Notes: generated by a model not told the origin, from the sequence alone. A DNA stretch of 59,764 bases from a virus (IMGVR_UViG_3300048597_000258:1-59764); one strand, 5' to 3'; positions 1 through 9,627 are shown, counted from the stretch's first letter. Made by a program: numbers and translations.

Positions 1-202
1 GGCACGCACACTCACGCGATCAGCGATGTGACGGGCTTGCAGGCGGCGATTGATGGCAAGGCCGCGCTGGTTCACACCCACGCCATCGCGGACGTCACGA
101 ACCTCCAGTCGTCTCTCAACGCGAAGGCGGATGCTTCTGCGGTCGTCGGGCGGCAGACGATCTATGTCCCCGCCGACAGCATGACGATCCGCACGTCGAA
201 CG
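1..202. repeat. Terminal direct repeat (circular assembly overlap), left copy
   Basis: 1-202 equals 59563-59764 except C75 vs T59637 (synonymous His codon). The repeat falls inside a tail fibre ORF. Confidence 0.97.
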
Positions 203-663
203 GCCCCGCGCGTAACTCCGTCGAACTCACCACCAACAAGGTGATGATGTCTTCGCTCGACTTCGACACGTCGGCGCAGGAGTTCGCTCAGTTCTCGGTG
301 AAGATGCCGAAAAGCTGGAACGCGGGCACGGTGTTCTTCCGCGCGGTCTGGACCCACGGCGCGGCGTCCACGCCATTTGGCGTGGCGTGGCAGCTTCAGG
401 GCATGGCTCTCAGCGACAACAACGCCGGAGACACAGCCTACGGCACGGCGGTCGTGGTGACAGACACGGGCGGCACGGCGAACCAACTCTACATCTCGCC
501 GGAAAGCGGAGCCATTACCCTCGGCAACACCCCGGCGAAGGGCGATTGGTGCTCGTTTCAGGTCGCGCGTGTCCCGGCCAACGCCTCCGACACGCTGGCG
601 GTCGATGCGAAGCTCCTCGGCATCGAGCTTATCTATGTCACCGACGCAGCGACGGACGTGTGA
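1..663 (+). CDS. Tail fibre protein, 3' part (gene starts at 59194 and crosses the origin; about 343 aa)
   Basis: In frame with ATG 59194. Carries HxHxIxDVxxLQxxLxxK phage tail repeats and a beta-rich C-terminal domain. Confidence 0.85.
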   Translation, partial: GTHTHAISDVTGLQAAIDGKAALVHTHAIADVTNLQSSLNAKADASAVVGRQTIYVPADSMTIRTSNGPARNSVELTTNKVMMSSLDFDTSAQEFAQFSVKMPKSWNAGTVFFRAVWTHGAASTPFGVAWQLQGMALSDNNAGDTAYGTAVVVTDTGGTANQLYISPESGAITLGNTPAKGDWCSFQVARVPANASDTLAVDAKLLGIELIYVTDAATDV

Positions 664-672
664 GACGCGGAC

Positions 673-1353
673 ATGTTGAGGGTCAGTCAGCTAATAGGGT
701 TCGGCAGTAGTCGCTTGCCCCCGAAGGCCAAGGGAGCGGAATACGTTCATTACCAGCGGATCGCGTCTTCTCTCAGCACGTTTACATTTTCCGGGGTGCC
801 TCTCGGTCAACCGGACGCAAATCGGCGTATCGTTGTTGCTGTCGTCAATCGTGACAGCGGCGGGGGTGTTCCTCCGGCGCAGTCCTCCGTTACAATCGCC
901 GGGGTTGCTTGTACGTCTCTCGCGTCAATTCAGGACAGCGGCGGCGGGGGCGGCGATCCTAGGCTGCAAATCTGGATATCCAACACCACCGTACCCAACG
1001 GGTGGACTGGCGACATCACTGTCGTAACCGCGAACACAGAAACGGAATGCGCCGTCATTGTGTGGGCGGTCTATGGCCTCTCGTCCAGTACCCCGCACGA
1101 CACCATGACTGACAGCGGAGCGACTACCAACCTTACAGGTGTGATAGACCTTCCGGCAGGCGGCGTCATCATTGCAGCGGCGGCGATGATGGGTGGGACA
1201 CATACATGGTCCGGCCCAGCAACAAAGGTTGTTGAGATGGATAATAACTCAGGAGCCAGCGCCTCCAATCTGTCGGTACAGCTTAACGCTACCGTTGCTG
1301 TTAATGGTGGCGGAAATACCCAGAACGTCTTGGCCGCCGTGACGCTGACATAG
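673..1353 (+). CDS. Putative receptor-binding / fibre tip protein
   Basis: 226 aa, Gly/Ser/Thr/Val-rich beta protein directly after the fibre. Visibly more AT-rich codons than its neighbours. Confidence 0.6.
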   Translation: MLRVSQLIGFGSSRLPPKAKGAEYVHYQRIASSLSTFTFSGVPLGQPDANRRIVVAVVNRDSGGGVPPAQSSVTIAGVACTSLASIQDSGGGGGDPRLQIWISNTTVPNGWTGDITVVTANTETECAVIVWAVYGLSSSTPHDTMTDSGATTNLTGVIDLPAGGVIIAAAAMMGGTHTWSGPATKVVEMDNNSGASASNLSVQLNATVAVNGGGNTQNVLAAVTLT

Positions 1354-1387
1354 TTGCTCTGCGGCCCGCAGCATGAGGAATTGGGAC

Positions 1388-1924
1388 ATGAAGGAATATG
1401 CACTCCTGATCGACGGCAGCTTCGCCTACACCCGGCACTTCGACGAGAAGCCGGAAGACATTCCTCACAAGGGTTTCACTTGGCACGAGGTCGTGCGCGA
1501 GAGCGGGGCCTCGGCCTTCACCGGGATCGAGAATGGCAAGTGGGTGATCCGCACCGCGCTGCCGACGCTCGCGGAGTTGCGCGAGCAGAAGCTTGCGTCC
1601 CTTGCCTCGCTGCGCTGGCAGAAGGAAATCGGCGGCACGACCTTCAACGGGATGCCGCTCGCCACCGACGCGGTGAGCCAGACCAAGTACATCGGCGCGG
1701 TTGTCGGCGCGCAGATCAACCCGGCTGGAACGATGAAGTGGAAGATGAACAATGGGCAGTTCATCACGCTGGACGCGACCTCAATCGTCGCCGTGGCGAT
1801 GGCGGTGCGCGCTCATGTGCAAGCGTGCTTCGACAACGAGGCGAGCCTTCGCCTTCTCATCGAAGCGGCAGAGACGGAAGCGGAGCTTGCTTCCGTCGAT
1901 CTTGATGATGGATGGCCCGCCTAA
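1388..1924 (+). CDS. Tail fibre assembly protein, DUF4376-like
   Basis: LASLRWQKEIGG...TDAVSQ...WKMNNGQFITLD...HVQACF pattern; located after the fibre genes. Confidence 0.75.
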   Translation: MKEYALLIDGSFAYTRHFDEKPEDIPHKGFTWHEVVRESGASAFTGIENGKWVIRTALPTLAELREQKLASLASLRWQKEIGGTTFNGMPLATDAVSQTKYIGAVVGAQINPAGTMKWKMNNGQFITLDATSIVAVAMAVRAHVQACFDNEASLRLLIEAAETEAELASVDLDDGWPA

Positions 1925-2295
1925 TGTCTTCCTTCACCGCGCCGCTCTTTCTCTCGCCGCGCGTCGATCACGATCAGCGGACGTGGATCACCTCACGCGC
2001 CTTCTCCTACGAAATCGGCCTCAAGGGATCGGGGCTTGTCGTGACTGTGCCGGAAGGCACGGACACGGACCTCGCAACGGTCCCGCGCCTTCTCTGGCCT
2101 CTCGTCCCGCCGCATGATCCGAAGTATGCGGCGGCGTTCGTTCTTCACGACTACCTGTGCCGCTGGCACGGGTTCTCTCGGATTGTTGCCGACGCGATCC
2201 TCTACGACGCCTTGCGCGTCCTTGGATGCTCGGCGGCGCGCGCCTGGGCGATCTATCTCGCCGTGAGCGCGTGGCGCATCGTGCGCCGCAAGTAA
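1924..2295 (+). CDS. DUF1353-family protein
   Basis: VPEGTDTDLATVPR...AAFVLHDYL motif; ATG overlaps the upstream TAA. Confidence 0.8.
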   Translation: MSSFTAPLFLSPRVDHDQRTWITSRAFSYEIGLKGSGLVVTVPEGTDTDLATVPRLLWPLVPPHDPKYAAAFVLHDYLCRWHGFSRIVADAILYDALRVLGCSAARAWAIYLAVSAWRIVRRK

Positions 2296-2363
2296 TTCGT
2301 TTTTGATTGTTCACAGAAGTTCAAGCAACGGCGCGCTTCGTGCGCGCTTGAAAGGAGAAAATA

Positions 2364-3845
2364 ATGTCTGACCCGACATTTGGCATTTCGATTGCGCGGA
2401 TCGACAACGAACCGCGTCCCGCCGTATGGAGCGATATGTCGGTCGTGGGCCTCATCGGCACCGCGCCTGCCGCCAATGCCGCCATCTTCCCGCTGAACAC
2501 TCCCGTCTTCATGTTCTCGGATGACGCCACGATGTTCGCGGCTCTCGGGGAAACCGGGACGCTCAAGGATGCTGTCGAGGGCCTGAACGATCAGTTGGGC
2601 GAATTTCAGGTGGCGGCGAAGGTCATCATCGTTCGCGTGACGGAAGGCGTGGACGATGATGCCACTATCACAAACATCGTTGGCAACTCGGCGAGCAAGA
2701 CGGGCGTCCACGCCTTTGTCGAGTCGGGTCCGGCGCTCGGCATAATCCCGCGACTCATCGCGGCTCCGGGCTACACGAAGCAGCACAAGACGGGCGTCAC
2801 CGCGCTCAACATCGCCAATGCTGGCAGCGGCTACACGAACGGCACCGCGCTCGCGCTCACCGCGACGGGCGGCGGCGGCACCGGGTTCGCTGGCACCGCG
2901 AAAGTTGTCGGTGGAGCCATCACCGAAGTGGTCATCACCAACCCCGGCAGCGGCTACACCTCCGCGCCGACGATCGTGCTGACCGCGCTCGGCGCTGGCA
3001 CCGGAGGCTCGGTCACCGCCACTGTCGGCGCGCTGGCGAACCCGGTCTGCGCGGAGCTTCCGTCCGTGCTGAACAAGCTCCTTGCCGTGGCCGTGGTGGA
3101 CGGCCCCGCCTCGACGCTCGCCGCCTACACGGCCTGGCGGGAGACGATGCAGAGCGAGCGCCTGATCCCGGTAGAGACTGCGGTGAAGGTGGGCGTGAGC
3201 GGCACGGTGCAGCCCGCGTCGCCGCGCATTCTCGGCATTGCCGTTCGCCGGGACCACCAGTACCAGGGGCGGCCCTTTCACTCCTGGGCCAACCAGCCCG
3301 TGCAGGGCATTGTCGGTCCTTCGCGCAACATCAACTTCTCGCTCACCGACGGGGCGACCGAGGGACAGGCGATCCTGTCGCAGAACGGCGGCGTGATCAT
3401 CCGTGGCGAAATGGGCGTCGAGACCGCCATAGCCTCGGGCGGCTTCGTCTTCGTTGGTACCGACACCTGCTCGGAAGACCCGCTCTGGCAGTTCTACAAC
3501 GTGGTTCGCGGCAGGGACTACATCCACCTCATGTTCCTCCGGACGCTTCGCTTCTATCTCGGCCGGTTCAACATCACCGGGCAGACCATCGAGGCGATCC
3601 GCAACACCATGGCGTTTGCGATGCGCGATCTCAAGGCGGATGGCGACATTCTCGGCTACCGGATCGCGTTCACGCGCGACCAGAACAGCCCGGAGCAGCT
3701 TCGCCTCGGCAAGTTCACCGTGAACTTCGCCGCCGAAGAACCGCCCGTCCTCCGCTATCTCGGCATCCAGTCTGCACGCTATCGTCCCGCGCTCGATGCG
3801 CTTCTCGACGATCTGCTGTCGCAGCTTGATGCGGTGACGGGCTAA
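2364..3845 (+). CDS. Contractile tail sheath (P2 FI-like) with inserted domain
   Basis: VVGLIGTAP, PRLIAAPG, SWANQPVQGI and WQFYNVVR motifs; strong AAGGAG RBS. Confidence 0.93.
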   Translation: MSDPTFGISIARIDNEPRPAVWSDMSVVGLIGTAPAANAAIFPLNTPVFMFSDDATMFAALGETGTLKDAVEGLNDQLGEFQVAAKVIIVRVTEGVDDDATITNIVGNSASKTGVHAFVESGPALGIIPRLIAAPGYTKQHKTGVTALNIANAGSGYTNGTALALTATGGGGTGFAGTAKVVGGAITEVVITNPGSGYTSAPTIVLTALGAGTGGSVTATVGALANPVCAELPSVLNKLLAVAVVDGPASTLAAYTAWRETMQSERLIPVETAVKVGVSGTVQPASPRILGIAVRRDHQYQGRPFHSWANQPVQGIVGPSRNINFSLTDGATEGQAILSQNGGVIIRGEMGVETAIASGGFVFVGTDTCSEDPLWQFYNVVRGRDYIHLMFLRTLRFYLGRFNITGQTIEAIRNTMAFAMRDLKADGDILGYRIAFTRDQNSPEQLRLGKFTVNFAAEEPPVLRYLGIQSARYRPALDALLDDLLSQLDAVTG

Positions 3846-3861
3846 CATCGAGGGCGTCGAA

Positions 3862-4590
3862 ATGGATAAAGCGTATGTCTACGCAGTCCGGGTCGATGGC
3901 ATTGTTCGCTACATTGGCAAAGGTACCGGACGAAGGCTCAACGCGCACATGAAGATTGTCCGCAGCATGGCTAGACGCCGTGCCGCGGGCGAAAGCGTGA
4001 TTGCCGTGAGCATGTTCTACGACAAGCTGTTTCGCGCCTATGTCGCGGGCAGCACCATTGATCACGAGATACTTTGCGACGGACTCTCCAATGCGGACGC
4101 CTATCGCACGGAAATCGAGGTCAAGAAGGGTTTTGAGGCGGCACAACTATGGAATGCTGGCAAGCCGTGGGACCGCGAGGACTATAGGGCGCGCCAGCGC
4201 ACCCGATGGGCCGATCCCGATGTGAAGGAGTACCATCGTCAAAAGGTAGTAGACGCACAGCGCCACCCGCAGCGCGTCGAAAGGAATAGCGCAAGGCTCA
4301 AGTCGGCCTGGGCCGATCCAGAGAAACGTGCGGCGCTGCATGTTGGTATAAAGAAATTTCGAGCAAGCGTCTTTGACAAGACGGTTCTTGGAAGTCTTTT
4401 GGCCTTTGTTCGCAACAACCCCGGCTTGAGCTTTACTGAAATCCGGAATGGATTTCAGGACCACAAGAAAGGTTCCGTCGCAAACTCTTTGAGGCGACTG
4501 CGTGATCGCGGTCTTGTGACCAAGGACGAAGGCAAGCACGGCGTTTACTATGCCTCAAACATCATCGAACTGAAAAGGATAGGCACATGA
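3862..4590 (+). CDS. Free-standing GIY-YIG-like endonuclease with C-terminal winged HTH
   Basis: N-terminal AYVY-x10-YIGKGTGRR, later helix with Glu, WN; basic helical repeats; wHTH end. More AT-rich than flanks. Confidence 0.7.
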   Translation: MDKAYVYAVRVDGIVRYIGKGTGRRLNAHMKIVRSMARRRAAGESVIAVSMFYDKLFRAYVAGSTIDHEILCDGLSNADAYRTEIEVKKGFEAAQLWNAGKPWDREDYRARQRTRWADPDVKEYHRQKVVDAQRHPQRVERNSARLKSAWADPEKRAALHVGIKKFRASVFDKTVLGSLLAFVRNNPGLSFTEIRNGFQDHKKGSVANSLRRLRDRGLVTKDEGKHGVYYASNIIELKRIGT

Positions 4591-5129
4591 CCAATACAGT
4601 ATATGTCATGGAGGCAGCAAATTTGTTTTGTGGCGATCACGACCCGACGGCCTCCAAGCACCTCACGCTTTCGGAACTCAAGCTGCCGCCGCTCCAGGCG
4701 ATCTATGCCGATCACCACGGTGGCGGCGCCCGCGTGGCAATCGAGGTGGAGGTCGGCGTCCAGAAGCTCGAGCCGACCTTCAAGCTTGGCGGCTTCGATC
4801 CCGCCCTGTTGGCCCAGTTCGGCCTCGGCTCGCGGTACAAGAATGTTTACACCGCATATGGCGTGATCCGCGACAAGCGGACGGGCCGCGCCACCGAGGC
4901 GAAGGCGATCATCGAGGCGCGTCTCGGCAAGATCGAGGCCGATGCCTTCACCCGCGGCGAGATGCTCGGCCATGAGTACGCGCTGAACGAAGTCACCCAC
5001 TACGAGCTTTGGTTTGACGGCAAGCCCAAGATCGTGTGGGACTTCTTCGAGAACACCTGGCAGGTCGACGGCGTGGACGAGAACGCCGACGAAAACCGCA
5101 TCCTTCGCGTTCCCGCGACGGGCGCCTGA
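4587..5129 (+). CDS. Tail tube protein (P2 FII-like)
   Basis: ELKLPPL...GGG...KLEPTFKLGGFDP and YELWFDGK motifs; position after sheath. Confidence 0.9.
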   Translation: MTNTVYVMEAANLFCGDHDPTASKHLTLSELKLPPLQAIYADHHGGGARVAIEVEVGVQKLEPTFKLGGFDPALLAQFGLGSRYKNVYTAYGVIRDKRTGRATEAKAIIEARLGKIEADAFTRGEMLGHEYALNEVTHYELWFDGKPKIVWDFFENTWQVDGVDENADENRILRVPATGA

Positions 5130-5152
5130 TCCAGAACCGCCAGGGGTTGACC

Positions 5153-5416
5153 ATGAAGCATTCTCTCAAGACGCCGATCAAGATGGCTGACGGCTCCACG
5201 ATCAAGGACGTGGAAGTCAGCACCGTGAAGGTTAAGCATCTTCGGGTCGCGGAGGCGGCCCGGAACGATGGCGGTGAATTCGCTGCAGGCATCGCCCTTC
5301 TCGCGGCCGTGACGGGGCTTTCCGTCGAGGCCGTCGAGGAAATGGATGCGATGGACTTCACCGCGTTGCAGGAGAAGCTCGCGGGTTTTTTGCCACAGCC
5401 CACGCGGGCGGAATGA
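5153..5416 (+). CDS. Tail assembly chaperone (GpE-like)
   Basis: 87 aa between tube and TMP; LSVEAVEEMDAMDF motif; ends at a slippery site. Confidence 0.85.
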   Translation: MKHSLKTPIKMADGSTIKDVEVSTVKVKHLRVAEAARNDGGEFAAGIALLAAVTGLSVEAVEEMDAMDFTALQEKLAGFLPQPTRAE

Positions 5417-5544
5417 CATCGATGGTCGCGGACGTCGCGCACATGCTGCACACGCCCGTGACCGAACTTCTCGAAATGGATCTGCGCGACTTCATGGAAT
5501 GGCACCATGAAGCCGCGCGAATCGCAAAGGTTCGGGGCTTCTGA
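5383..5544 (+). other. -1 programmed frameshift (G GGT TTT) and GpE'-like extension
   Basis: GGGTTTTTT at 5383-5391. The -1 frame reads ...MVADVAHMLHTPVTELLEMDLRDFMEWHHEA... to TGA 5544, overlapping the TMP ATG. Confidence 0.88.
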
Positions 5545-7907
5545 TGGCTGAACAGGTTTCGTCCCTCATCGTTCGCCTGATCGATCAGGTCACAGGCCCC
5601 GCGCGGTCTGTCGCTACCGCGCTCTCCCGCATAGGCAAGTCGGTACAGGGTGCACGCGGAAGCGTCACCTTCGCTGACCGCCTCGACGCTGCGATGGCGA
5701 GGAACACGCGGCGGATCGATACCTATCGTGGGCAGATGGTGGACGCCATCGCGACCGTGTATGCGCTTGGAAGGGCAATCGGTGCTCCCGTCAATGCCTC
5801 CCGGAAGTTCGAGGCCGCCTTTGCTGACGTGAAGAAGGTGGTCGAGTTCCCGACGGAAGGGCCCTACTCCGCATCGGCGTTCCGCAAATCGCTCATCGAT
5901 CTGTCGCGTCGCGTGCCGCTGAGCGTCGAAGAACTGACGCAGATCGCGGCGGCCGGCGGACAGGCCGGCGTCGCTTTGGACGAGCTTGCAGGCTTCACGG
6001 AGAACGTAGCGCAAGTCGCGACCGCCTTCGAAATCAGCACGGAGGAGAGCGGCAAGGCTCTCGCCAATCTCAAGGCCGCGCTCAAGCTATCGAACCCGGA
6101 AGTGATGCTGCTCGCCGACCACATGAACGTGCTGGCGAACAACATGGCGACCAGCGAGCGGCAAGTCCTTGACGTGGTGAACCGCGTCGGCGCGCTCGGT
6201 GAAGTGGTCGGTGTGAAGGCGAAGGACGTCGCCGCCCTCGGCAGCGCAATGACCAGCGCTGGCGCCGATGCAGAAAGCGCCGGCACCGCCATCCGAAACC
6301 TGTTCCTCAATCTGGCGCAGGGGTCAGGAATGACGAAGGAGCAGGCCGGTGCGATGAAGCGCCTCGGCCTCGATGCAAAGAGCTTCCCGAAGCGGATGCA
6401 GGCCGAAGGCATGGTCGCGGTGGTCGATGTGCTTGAGCGCGTCGCGAAGCTTCCAAAGGATCAGCAGGCTTCGACCCTCACCGATCTCTTCGACAAGCGC
6501 GCTGTTGATGCCATTGGCCCGCTGCTGAACAACCTCGATCTGCTGCGGCAGGCGCTTGGCCTGGTGGCCGATGACACGGCGAACGCCGGCGCATCGCAAC
6601 GCGAGTTCGAGAAGCGAATCGACAACTTCGATGCCAAAATGAAGATGTTCGGCAACACGATGAATGCCATGAACATCGCGCTTGGCGATGCTCTGATTCC
6701 CGCCCTCACGACCATCCTTGAAAAGCTGACGCCGATCATCACGGCAATCGGTTCCTGGGCGGAGAAGAACCCGCAGCTTGCGGCAAGCATCGTCGGGGTC
6801 ACCGCCGGACTTCTCGCGCTGAACGCCGCCCTGATCGCGTTCAAGTACGTCGGCGCTCTTGGCTTCGGTGGCCTCCTGTCGATGACGAAGGGCGTCACGA
6901 CATTCGCGACCGGAGTTCACAAGGCGGCGGCGGGACAGATCGCGTTGAGCAAGGCGCTCGCGGGCATGAGCGGCGCGAACATGACCACCTTCACGACGAT
7001 GGGAGCGGGGCTGCGCGGCATGGCGCAAGCTGTTCCCGGCCTGTCCGGTCTGGCGACGGCGATGACTTCCATCGGCGCTGCGCTCGCGACGATCTCCGCG
7101 CCAGTGTGGCTCGGCATCGCTGCGGCCGTTGCGCTCGTCGCCGCGGCGGCATACTCGCTGTGGTATTATTGGGACCGCATTTCGTCGTTCGTCGGCGGCT
7201 TCGCAAGCACGCTGATGACGGAGCTTCAGCCGGCATTCGCGGCACTTGAGCCTGTGATGGAACCCATCGCGGGCCTAGCGCGCGCCATCGGAAGCGGTTA
7301 CGAGTGGGCCTCGCAGAAGATCTCCGACTTCATGGGCTGGCTTTCTTCCGTCTTCGAACAGGAGACGCTCACCGACGGACAGAAGGAAGCCTATCGGAAG
7401 TCCGGTTCCGATCTCGCGGAAGCAATGATCACTGCCATCAAGACAGCGTTCAATGAATTGCTCGCGTGGTTCTCCGAATTGCCGTCCCGCATCGTCGCGG
7501 CCATCGGGAGCATCGATCTCTCGGGGATTCTTAAGTGGCCCTCGATGCCTTCGTGGCTCGGCGGTGGTGGCGGGGGCGGCCAGCCATCCGGCGTTAAGGC
7601 GGCGCCGGGAGACGCCGCCGCCATGAGTGACTCAATCGACGGCAGAGCGCGCGGAGGTCCCGTCACCCGCGGCAAGTCCTATCTGGTCGGTGAGCACCGT
7701 CCCGAAATCTTCACGCCGTCGCAGAACGGCTACATCGGCCAGGTCGGTAAGGGCGGCGGCGGAACGACGATTTCGCCGACTTTCAACATCTCCATTAGCG
7801 GCAATGCGGATGCGTCGACCGTCGAGAACATCAGGCGCGTGCTGCGTGACGAGGTCCGCCAGGCGTTCCGCGGGGTCTATGCCGATGCCGGATTGAGGTT
7901 CACCTGA
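5544..7907 (+). CDS. Tape measure protein (TP901-type core)
   Basis: 787 aa helical, Ala-rich; FEAAFADVKKVV; hydrophobic segments; RARGGPV...YLVGEHRPE C-terminus. Confidence 0.93.
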   Translation: MAEQVSSLIVRLIDQVTGPARSVATALSRIGKSVQGARGSVTFADRLDAAMARNTRRIDTYRGQMVDAIATVYALGRAIGAPVNASRKFEAAFADVKKVVEFPTEGPYSASAFRKSLIDLSRRVPLSVEELTQIAAAGGQAGVALDELAGFTENVAQVATAFEISTEESGKALANLKAALKLSNPEVMLLADHMNVLANNMATSERQVLDVVNRVGALGEVVGVKAKDVAALGSAMTSAGADAESAGTAIRNLFLNLAQGSGMTKEQAGAMKRLGLDAKSFPKRMQAEGMVAVVDVLERVAKLPKDQQASTLTDLFDKRAVDAIGPLLNNLDLLRQALGLVADDTANAGASQREFEKRIDNFDAKMKMFGNTMNAMNIALGDALIPALTTILEKLTPIITAIGSWAEKNPQLAASIVGVTAGLLALNAALIAFKYVGALGFGGLLSMTKGVTTFATGVHKAAAGQIALSKALAGMSGANMTTFTTMGAGLRGMAQAVPGLSGLATAMTSIGAALATISAPVWLGIAAAVALVAAAAYSLWYYWDRISSFVGGFASTLMTELQPAFAALEPVMEPIAGLARAIGSGYEWASQKISDFMGWLSSVFEQETLTDGQKEAYRKSGSDLAEAMITAIKTAFNELLAWFSELPSRIVAAIGSIDLSGILKWPSMPSWLGGGGGGGQPSGVKAAPGDAAAMSDSIDGRARGGPVTRGKSYLVGEHRPEIFTPSQNGYIGQVGKGGGGTTISPTFNISISGNADASTVENIRRVLRDEVRQAFRGVYADAGLRFT

Positions 7908-8380
7908 TGCTGATGAAGCTTGGCCCGGTGGCATTCCAGGTGTGGCCGTTCAACGCGACGGGCATGTCACACACGCACGAGACCTCCTTCGCGGAGAAGC
8001 CGGTGGTCGGGGCGCGCCCGCCGCTCGAGTGGGTCGGTGAGGGCCCAGAGACGTGGACCATTCAGGCGCGGCTGTTCCCGGCGAAGTTCGGCGGGATGGA
8101 GGACCTGCAGAAGCTCCAGCAGGCGAGGACGAGCGGCAAGCCGCAATATCTCGTTCGCGGCGATGGCAAGCCGATGGGGTGGGTGGCGATCGAGCGCGTG
8201 ACGGAGCGCTCCTCCTATCTTGATGCGAAAGGCGTCGGACAGATCATCGACGTGGACATCGAGGTCAAGCGGACCGGGAAGCCGTCGGATGGATCGTTCT
8301 TCTCGATCATGTCGGGAGGCCTTGGTGGCGGGGCGACTGGCTTCATTTCTACCGCCGTGAACAGCATCCTGCGGAGATAG
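7907..8380 (+). CDS. Tail tube initiator GpU-like
   Basis: MLMKLGPVAF...PPLEWVGEG...LVRGDGKPMGWVAIERV. Confidence 0.88.
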   Translation: MLMKLGPVAFQVWPFNATGMSHTHETSFAEKPVVGARPPLEWVGEGPETWTIQARLFPAKFGGMEDLQKLQQARTSGKPQYLVRGDGKPMGWVAIERVTERSSYLDAKGVGQIIDVDIEVKRTGKPSDGSFFSIMSGGLGGGATGFISTAVNSILRR

Positions 8381-8384
8381 TGGC

Positions 8385-8606
8385 ATGGTCTATGAAAACG
8401 TGACGGTGACGGGAGAGCAGATCACGCTCTCGCTTATCGTCTGGAGGCGTTTCCATCGTCCAATGCCAGGGCTGGTGGAGCAGATCCTCGATATCAATCA
8501 GGAGCTTGCCGAACTGGGCTACTTCCTTCCGCTCGGCACGACCTTTCTGCTTCCCGTGCCGATCCCCCGCGGCGAGGCGATTCTTGATCCCATCAAGCTT
8601 TGGTGA
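8385..8606 (+). CDS. Tail protein X (LysM-like)
   Basis: TLSLIVWRRF...VEQILDINQELA...LPLGT...IKLW. Confidence 0.88.
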   Translation: MVYENVTVTGEQITLSLIVWRRFHRPMPGLVEQILDINQELAELGYFLPLGTTFLLPVPIPRGEAILDPIKLW

Positions 8607-8609
8607 GCC

Positions 8610-9605
8610 ATGACCAAGCGCGCCGTCTACATGGTGACGATCGCGGGGAGCGATGTCACCTCCGCGCTCAATCCGCATCTGATCTCGCTTAGGGTTTCCG
8701 ACAAGGTGGGAACGCACAGCGACACGGCGAGCATCGAGCTTGATGACACGGACGGCAGGGTTGTCCTGCCGCAGGATGGAGTCCCTGTCGTGATCATGCT
8801 CGGATGGGAGGGGGCCGGAGTGCGGCTGGTCTTCGCCGGCACGGTGGACGAAGTGCGCTCCAGCGGCTCTCGCTCGGGCCGCACGATCACTGTCACCGCG
8901 AAGGGCATCGACACCAAGTCGAAGGCGAAGGAGCCGCAGCAGCGGCACTTCGACAGGAAGACCGTCAAGGACGTGCTGACCGAGGCGGGAAAGACCGCCG
9001 GCATCACGTCCGTGGAGGTCGATCCCGGCCTCGCGGACATCGAGCGCGAGTATGTCGAGATGCGGGATGAGAGCTTCATCCACCTCGGCGAGCGCCTGGC
9101 GCGGGAGATCGGCGGGAACTTCCGCGTGCAGGGCAAGACGGCAACGCTGTCGAAGCGCATGGGCGGCTACACGTCCTTCGTGATGGCGCGCTGGGGCGAG
9201 AACCTCCACTCATGGGACATCACTCCCGCGCTCGGCCGCCCTGCATTCAAGAAGACCCGCGCCCGCTGGTACGACCGCAAGGAGGCGAAGTGGAAGGAGC
9301 AGGAGGTCGAGGTCCAGCTTGAGGCCGAGGCCGAGAGCGTGGCCCGCTTCCCGGAGCCGAACGAAGCGCAGTCGAAGGACCGGGCGGGATCGGACAAGGC
9401 CACCAGCGAGCGCGACGTAGCCGAGGGGAGCGTCACCATCGAGGGGAACACCGGGGCGATTCCCGACGGGCTGTGCCTCCTTTCCGGGTGCCGCGCAGGG
9501 ATCGACGGGCCATACCGGATCGAGAGCGTAGACCACGAATATTCCCGCTCGGGTTTCACCACGCGCCTCGAGTTGAAGTCAGCAGGGGCGGGGGCGGGTT
9601 CCTAG
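8610..9605 (+). CDS. Baseplate hub / late control protein D
   Basis: LISLRVSDKVGTHSDTASIELDD, FAGTVDEV, DGPYRIESVDH motifs. Confidence 0.9.
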   Translation: MTKRAVYMVTIAGSDVTSALNPHLISLRVSDKVGTHSDTASIELDDTDGRVVLPQDGVPVVIMLGWEGAGVRLVFAGTVDEVRSSGSRSGRTITVTAKGIDTKSKAKEPQQRHFDRKTVKDVLTEAGKTAGITSVEVDPGLADIEREYVEMRDESFIHLGERLAREIGGNFRVQGKTATLSKRMGGYTSFVMARWGENLHSWDITPALGRPAFKKTRARWYDRKEAKWKEQEVEVQLEAEAESVARFPEPNEAQSKDRAGSDKATSERDVAEGSVTIEGNTGAIPDGLCLLSGCRAGIDGPYRIESVDHEYSRSGFTTRLELKSAGAGAGS

Positions 9606-9627
9606 CCAAACCAGAGGAGAACCGGTC

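Noticed and set aside
1-202. Terminal repeat as a physical DTR or attL/attR
   Set aside because: It lies mid-gene and a cos site with a GpA terminase is present; best explained as assembly overlap.
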